Origin: Streptomyces sp. enrichment culture
GTDB taxonomy: Bacteria > Actinomycetota > Actinomycetes > Streptomycetales > Streptomycetaceae
NCBI RefSeq assembly: GCF_964273255.1
Contig: NZ_OZ186835.1
Coordinates: forward strand, 1,555,413 to 1,619,412
Direction: 5' to 3'
DNA length: 64,000 nucleotides
The position numbers and the translations under genes were made by a program. Under the pieces are notes generated by a model that saw only the letters and a program-made list of their open reading frames with translations, did not search any database and had not been told where the DNA came from. Below are positions 59,167-64,000 of this stretch, in pieces; the stretch's first letter is position 1, and each line of letters begins with the position of its first letter.

Positions 59167-59972
59167 CTACGGACGGCTCCCGTCAGTCGTGCAGCGACGG
59201 AACGCCTCCCAGGTCGCGCGCACGGCGGTTCGGAGTCCTGCGTCGTCGAGATCACCGGGTTCCGCGAGGTCGGGGTCGACCGAGTACTGCTCAAGGATCA
59301 TGAACACTTCGTCCAGGAGATCACCGAGCGCGCCTCGGACCCGCTCCCCGTACGTCTGGGAGGCCCGCCGGCCTCCCACCAGCCGTGGGCGAACTCCGGT
59401 GCGCCGCACGTTCCGGCCTCGGTGAACGCCTCCAGTAGTGCCAGTTGTTGTGCCGTGGCGCTGACCGGGTCGACATCGCCGAGCCTGGACCACGCGCGAT
59501 CACCGGGCGGATGGGAGGCAGCCACAGGTGCGAGCGAGGGGTGACGTTCCAGGAGCGCGCGTGCGTAACGGCCGAAGCGTGCGCGTGCCGTGTCCGTGCC
59601 CTCGCTGACGGCCGAGGCCATGAAAGCGGTGGTCCCCGCGATCAGCGCGTAGCCTTCCTCAGGGAAGAGGACGGCTCCCTGCGCGTCGGGCGTGCGCAGC
59701 TGGACGGGTGGGCGCAAGCCCGTCAAGTCCGCGTCTGCGGGAACCCGGGACGGCGCCCCGGGCACGTCGGCGAGACTCGTCGCAAGGAGGTGCGGGGCCC
59801 CCACGGCACGACAGCCGGCCTCGATCCTGCGGGCCAACGCTGCGTCGAGGCGCGCTCCCACGGGCATCGGGGCCACCGTCCTCTCCCGCAGCCACGACGA
59901 CGTGAAGGTGCCGTCCGGACCGAGCACCCCGCTCTGGCTCCCCGATGACTCCCCGCCTTCTGGACCGGTCAC
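59167..59972 (-). pseudogene. Immunity-like gene with C-terminal colicin D immunity-like domain, 1-nt frameshift near 59370
   Basis: EFAHGWWEA/RRASQ..GERVRGALGDLLDEVFMILEQYSVDPDLAEPGDLDDAGLR; 806 nt + 1 = 269 codons. Confidence 0.6.
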
Positions 59973-60038
59973 CGCAAGAACCCGTTGTCGATGAGCGGAG
60001 TTCCGGGACCGGACGGCGCCGGCTGCCGTCCTGAGCCT

Positions 60039-60359
60039 TCATCCTTCCAGCAGATCGCTGACATAGTCGCGGAGCTGTGGAGGAAGGTCGCCGAGGACGA
60101 TCTCACGCAGAGAGGACAGGTGGTCAAGGTCGACATAGCCGGTGGATGCGAGTTCGATGAGGGCGTGCAACTCGGCTTCCCGGGCGGAGTTCTCCTTCTC
60201 CGAGGCAGCAGTTGCCGCCAGCAGTGTCGCCAGAGCCGATGCCTGGGCAGACGTATATGACCCCACGTGGTCGGACACTTCGTCGGCCGCCCGTTCTCGT
60301 GCCCGCGCATCGACTTCCAAAATCATTCGCGCCATGCTGATGAAATCGTGAGACTTCAA
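60039..60359 (-). CDS. Candidate immunity protein for Ntox30-like toxin (copy 2)
   Basis: LKSHDFISMARMILEVDARARERAADEVSDHVG...SDLLEG; now in frame with the upstream toxin remnant. Confidence 0.7.
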   Translation of the reverse strand: MKSHDFISMARMILEVDARARERAADEVSDHVGSYTSAQASALATLLAATAASEKENSAREAELHALIELASTGYVDLDHLSSLREIVLGDLPPQLRDYVSDLLEG

Positions 60360-60376
60360 AATGAAACATCCGTTCG

Positions 60377-60833
60377 CCACTCGTACGGAAGTGGACTGGG
60401 CCGGCCAGGGGATGTGTGTGGCATGGGCCGCATCCGAGTTGCAGTGCGGGCTGTTCGGGTTGTGGACCTGCCGGTGATACAAGTTCCCCGCCTCGTCCTG
60501 GTATCTTCCGCCGATCGATATGCGGTAGATATCTCTGTTTGCCGCGTTGGCGCCCGCGGGAGCAGTTCCGTCCTTGTCGTGCACCCGTAGGCGGACCTTG
60601 TTACCCGTCTCGGGGTCTTCCCATTTGCATTCCACCCCCTTCTGTGCACCGCCATTGGGGTCCGGCTCGAGTGTCCGCATCTCGGCATCGTCGGGAACGA
60701 TGCCGAGCGGGTTGTGACCGCGCACGTCCCAGCCACCCCCCTCAATGCGGGAGGGATAGGGGGACAGGCCTAGCGGGTCGGCCCACAGATGTGGGTTGAC
60801 CACATATGCCGTCGGATTGGGAGCGGCTTCCAA
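60377..60833 (-). pseudogene. Orphan Rhs C-terminal module with Ntox30-like RNase toxin
   Basis: Short core stub APNPTAYVVNPHLWADPLGL, then LRVH (RxH) and HATHIP (THIP) motifs; no upstream Rhs body. Confidence 0.78.
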
Positions 60834-60964
60834 GCCACGCCTACCGGAGACCTGTCGCCGTATAGCTCAAGTCCATAGAGCAGACCTAACGCGCTACTCG
60901 ACGGGCTGAGCCCGAAAAGTCGATTGGCCCGCGCCATCCGGTCCTAGCACGACCACCTCACACT

Positions 60965-61315
60965 CCGTCAGGAACAGCGTCGAACGAGCGTCAAGACATG
61001 CCTTGAACCCGTCCCTGACGGAGTTGAGCAGAGCGTTCTGGACTCACGCTCCCGTTGTGAAACCGCAGGTGAACCACGCGGCGACTACTCCACGCGGTGA
61101 ACTTCGGAAAACAGGTCGAGCACCGTCGAGCACCCCTGAAGAACCCGATAAAACCGCAGGTCAGAGCCCCTTCTGCGCAGGCTCAAGAATTGCCACGCAC
61201 TCCACGTGCGACGTCATCGGAAACATGCCACATGAAGCAAGGCCGGGAGAGAAGCAGGTCAGAGGGTGCTTTTCTCCGGGCGGGCTGTCAGCACCTGAGC
61301 GTCAAACGAGCGTCA
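60965..61315. mobile_element. attP-like element B: arm repeats - rlmD 3' core (61161-61229) - arm repeats
   Basis: Core translates GMFPMTSHVECVAILEPAQKGL*; arms CCGTCA-N6-GCGTCG-N5-GCGTCA (60965-93) and GCGTCA-N5-GCGTCA (61299-315). Confidence 0.65.
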
Positions 61316-61742
61316 CAAACAGAGAGCGACCGACCCGCTCGACGGGCTTCCAAGGCCGACCGGGTGACGGCACGCGATGGCGTCGGGCATCGGCACGCGC
61401 CCAGATCACGGCCGACGGTCAGGCGTCGGTCATCATCTGCGCCTCTCCCCCACGGCTGGCGAAGGTCAGCCAGGGCCTGGGACACCCACTTCAAGAAGTC
61501 TTCTGCGAGCGGGACCGTGTCCTGCGAATGTCCGAAGCGACCATTCGCCCTGCACGACGGCGACAGTGTGTACGACAAGCGCCCGTCGCACGGTCTGCCT
61601 GCGGTCTCATGCAGGCCGCTCCGTTCCCGGCAGGTAGGCGATGACGATCCACCAGGCGACGCGCAGGTGCACGGTCTCTGCGTTCACTGAGGTGGGTCCC
61701 GGATGGCGGGGTCCGGGACCCGGTGGTGCCTCTACCTCTTGT

Positions 61743-62057
61743 TCATCTATTGGTCGGGAGCCCGGCTGCGGATACATGCCGGGTCGAAACCCGGGGCGGT
61801 GTCACGAGGACATGCTTGCCCGATGGGCGACGATCATGGTGGCTCCAGGTGACCCAGCCCCGCTGCGCGGCGACCACGCCTGCGGCGAATCGATTCTGTA
61901 CCTCGAGTATTTCCATGATCCGGGCCACCCGACGGCGCACCGTGCGCACGCTGACCTTCAGATGCCGGGCTATCGGCTCGTCGCACGGGTACGTGGCGAG
62001 TAGGGAAAGCAGCCGAAGATCGTCGGCGGAAAGGGCGCAGTCCTGTTCGGCGGTCAT
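61743..62057 (-). CDS. Stand-alone LuxR-type HTH protein
   Basis: LSADDLRLLSLLA...DEPIARHLKVSVRTVRRRVARIMEILEVQNRFAAGVVAAQRGW. Confidence 0.75.
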   Translation of the reverse strand: MTAEQDCALSADDLRLLSLLATYPCDEPIARHLKVSVRTVRRRVARIMEILEVQNRFAAGVVAAQRGWVTWSHHDRRPSGKHVLVTPPRVSTRHVSAAGLPTNR

Positions 62058-62202
62058 TGATCCCCCGTGATAGCGAGACGGATTCAGCGGGGTGGCGGTT
62101 GCCCACCCTTGGTCGACTGGATAAATCGGTCGCCTACAACGTCAATGTGAGCATAATAGCCCGAATCCGCTTCCTCATAGAAGCTTTTTGGACATCTGAT
62201 CA

Positions 62203-63999
62203 TCACGGTGCCAGTGCGTTGTTCACGATTTCCGACGTCTCGGCCGACAGTCCTTGGGCCTCCCGCAGCGACCCCAGCGTGCGCAGGACCAGCTCCCGCC
62301 TCGCGGGGTCCAGCACCCGCCAGCCGTCGAAGCAGCCGGCCAGCCGCGCCGCCACCTGCGGGTTGAGCGCGTCGACGCGGCGGATCTGCTCGGCGGCGAA
62401 GGCGTAGCCCGAGCCGTCGGCGGCGTGGAAGTGCGCCGGGTTGTCGAAGCAGTACGCGATCACCAGCGCACCCACCCGGTTCGGGTTGGCCTCGGAGTAG
62501 GCGGGGTGGTGGATCAGGCGCCGGACCCGGGCCGGGGCGTCCGGGCGGCGGCTGCGGGCGTGCAGGGAGAACCACTTGTCCAGCACCAGCGGATGATCCC
62601 GCCAGCGCTCCCCGAACTCTGCCAGTGCCTCCTCCCCGTCGGTTCGGTCGGCCAGCGCGGTGAGCGCGGCGAGCCGGTCGGTCATGTTGTCGGCCATCGC
62701 GTACTGCCGGTGCAGCAGCGAGGCGACCTCCGGGTCCTCCAGTTCGGCCAGGTAACCCAGGCAGGTGTTCCGCAGCGCGCGGCGCCCCGCGTCGGCCGCC
62801 GCGAAAACGTACGGGCGGCCGTCGTCCAGGCGCCGGTGACAGGCGAGGAAACGTTCCCGAAGGGTGTGCGCCAACTCCTGCCTGGTGCGGTCGAGTACAG
62901 CGGTCAGCCGGACCGGGTCCACCTCGTCGAGCAGGCCGAACAGCGTGCCGAAGCAGGGCAGTTCCAGCATGAGCGCGGCCAGGGCCGGGTCGGTGCCGTC
63001 CTCCGTGAGGAGTCCGCCGAGGGCCTCGACCAGTGCCTGGGGGAGCGGTGGGTGCGGGGCGTCCGCCGCGCCGTCCGCCCTGGGCGCGTCCCCGGCGCGG
63101 TAGCGCTCCAGGAGCAGGTCGACGAAGAAGCCGTGGAGGGACTCCCAGCGCACGAAGGGGTCGTCGTCGCGGGCGGCCAGCAGCAGACGCTCCTCGGCGG
63201 TAAGGGGCAGCCGGAGCCGTACCGGCGCGGAGAAGCCGCGCAGCAGGGAGGGGACCGGCCGCTCGGGCACATCGGCGAAGGTGAGGGTGGTGACCGGTTC
63301 CCGCAGTTCGCAGACGCGCTCGGTTCCGGTGGGAGCCGTCTCGTCCGCGAGGCGCAGCGGCAGGTGGCGCCCGTCAGGGCCCAGCAGGGCGAGGGTCAGC
63401 GGGATGTGCAGCGGCTGCTTGTAGGGCTGCCTCGGGGTCGGAGGGCAGGACTGGCGGACGGTCAGGGTGCAGGTGCGGGCCTCGGCGTCGTGGTGGGCGG
63501 TGACGTCGAGGACGGGCGTGCCGGCCTGTTCGTACCAGCGCATGAACTGGGTCAGGTCGGTCCCGTTCGCCTCCCCGACGGCCTCGACGAACTGCTCGCA
63601 CGTGGCGGCCTGCCCGTCGTACCGGGTGACGTAGGCGCGCAGGCCGCGTCGGAAGCCCTCCTCCCCGAAGAGCGTGTGGAGCATCCGGATGACCTCGGAG
63701 CCCTTCTTGTACACGGTCCAGGTGTAGAAGTTGCTGATCTCGCGGTACTCGTCCGGGCGTACGGGGTGGGCCTGGGGCCCGGCGTCCTCGGCGAACTGGC
63801 GCTCCCGCAGCGCGCGCACGTCCCGCACGCGCTGCACGCCGGGGCTGCGCCGGTCGCCGGAGAAGCGCTCGTCGCGGTAGACGGCCAGGCCCTCCTTCAG
63901 GGAGAGCTGGAACATGTCGCGGCAGGTGACGCGGTTGCCGGTCCAGTTGTGGAAGTACTCGTGGGCGACGACGGTCTCGACGGCGGCGAAGTCGTCGTC
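62203..63999 (-). CDS. pepN: M1 aminopeptidase N, proteobacterial (E. coli PepN) type; 5' part outside the window
   Basis: HEYFHNWTGNRVTCRD.FQLSLKEG, NFYT.TVY.KG.EVIRM, FMRWYEQAGTP, PSLLRGFSAPV, VLDKWFSL, NPNRV.AL, NPQVAARL. Confidence 0.95.
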   Translation of the reverse strand, partial: DDDFAAVETVVAHEYFHNWTGNRVTCRDMFQLSLKEGLAVYRDERFSGDRRSPGVQRVRDVRALRERQFAEDAGPQAHPVRPDEYREISNFYTWTVYKKGSEVIRMLHTLFGEEGFRRGLRAYVTRYDGQAATCEQFVEAVGEANGTDLTQFMRWYEQAGTPVLDVTAHHDAEARTCTLTVRQSCPPTPRQPYKQPLHIPLTLALLGPDGRHLPLRLADETAPTGTERVCELREPVTTLTFADVPERPVPSLLRGFSAPVRLRLPLTAEERLLLAARDDDPFVRWESLHGFFVDLLLERYRAGDAPRADGAADAPHPPLPQALVEALGGLLTEDGTDPALAALMLELPCFGTLFGLLDEVDPVRLTAVLDRTRQELAHTLRERFLACHRRLDDGRPYVFAAADAGRRALRNTCLGYLAELEDPEVASLLHRQYAMADNMTDRLAALTALADRTDGEEALAEFGERWRDHPLVLDKWFSLHARSRRPDAPARVRRLIHHPAYSEANPNRVGALVIAYCFDNPAHFHAADGSGYAFAAEQIRRVDALNPQVAARLAGCFDGWRVLDPARRELVLRTLGSLREAQGLSAETSEIVNNALAP

Positions 64000-64000
64000 C

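Noticed and set aside
60856-60885. tRNA-like 5' half (GCCGTATAGCTCAAGTCCATAGAGC)
   Set aside because: There is a D-arm-like hairpin, but no conserved GG, T-loop or matching acceptor stem downstream; likely chance.
61320-61740. Integrase or other gene to the right of att-like element B
   Set aside because: No R-H-R-Y or serine-recombinase motifs in any frame; the short ORFs are uninterpretable.

Overview
High-GC actinobacterial DNA, with Streptomyces-like gene content (xlnC, nat1/sat, XRE-DUF397 triad, T7SS-type Rhs). It reads as an accessory, chromosome-arm-type region in four blocks. (1) 1-4.3 kb: a partly visible cluster (MFS, DUF364-like protein, cysteine-synthase-like PLP enzyme, divergent PduX-like GHMP kinase) with two Zur-box-like dyads, a candidate zinc-starvation metallophore locus. 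(2) 4.3-23 kb: an aromatic catabolic island with a complete 3-hydroxybenzoate/gentisate lower pathway, an upstream set of hydrolases (CocE, MBL, HSL esterase, one intact and one apparently dead phosphotriesterase paralog), a flavin monooxygenase, a P450-ferredoxin-reductase operon and IclR/LysR/TetR regulators. (3) 23-43 kb: mixed regulators, transporters, streptothricin acetyltransferase, SPL-like radical SAM, cobalamin riboswitch-metE, SDR and a ThDP enzyme. (4) 43.5-62 kb: a decaying type VII secretion polymorphic-toxin region: a WXG-like/large protein/lipoprotein trio, SseB-partner-Rhs with a frameshifted toxin tip, an array of orphan immunity genes and two copies of an Ntox30-like toxin/immunity module. 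The most striking non-coding signal is two ~350-bp attP-like elements. Each has a core encoding the last 22 codons of an RlmD/TrmA-type methyltransferase, flanked on both sides by GCGTCA-N5/6-GCGTCA direct repeats. Together they bracket a 2.46-kb toxin/immunity cassette. The window ends in a proteobacterial-type PepN. All family assignments come from recognising motifs by eye; no database searches were run.
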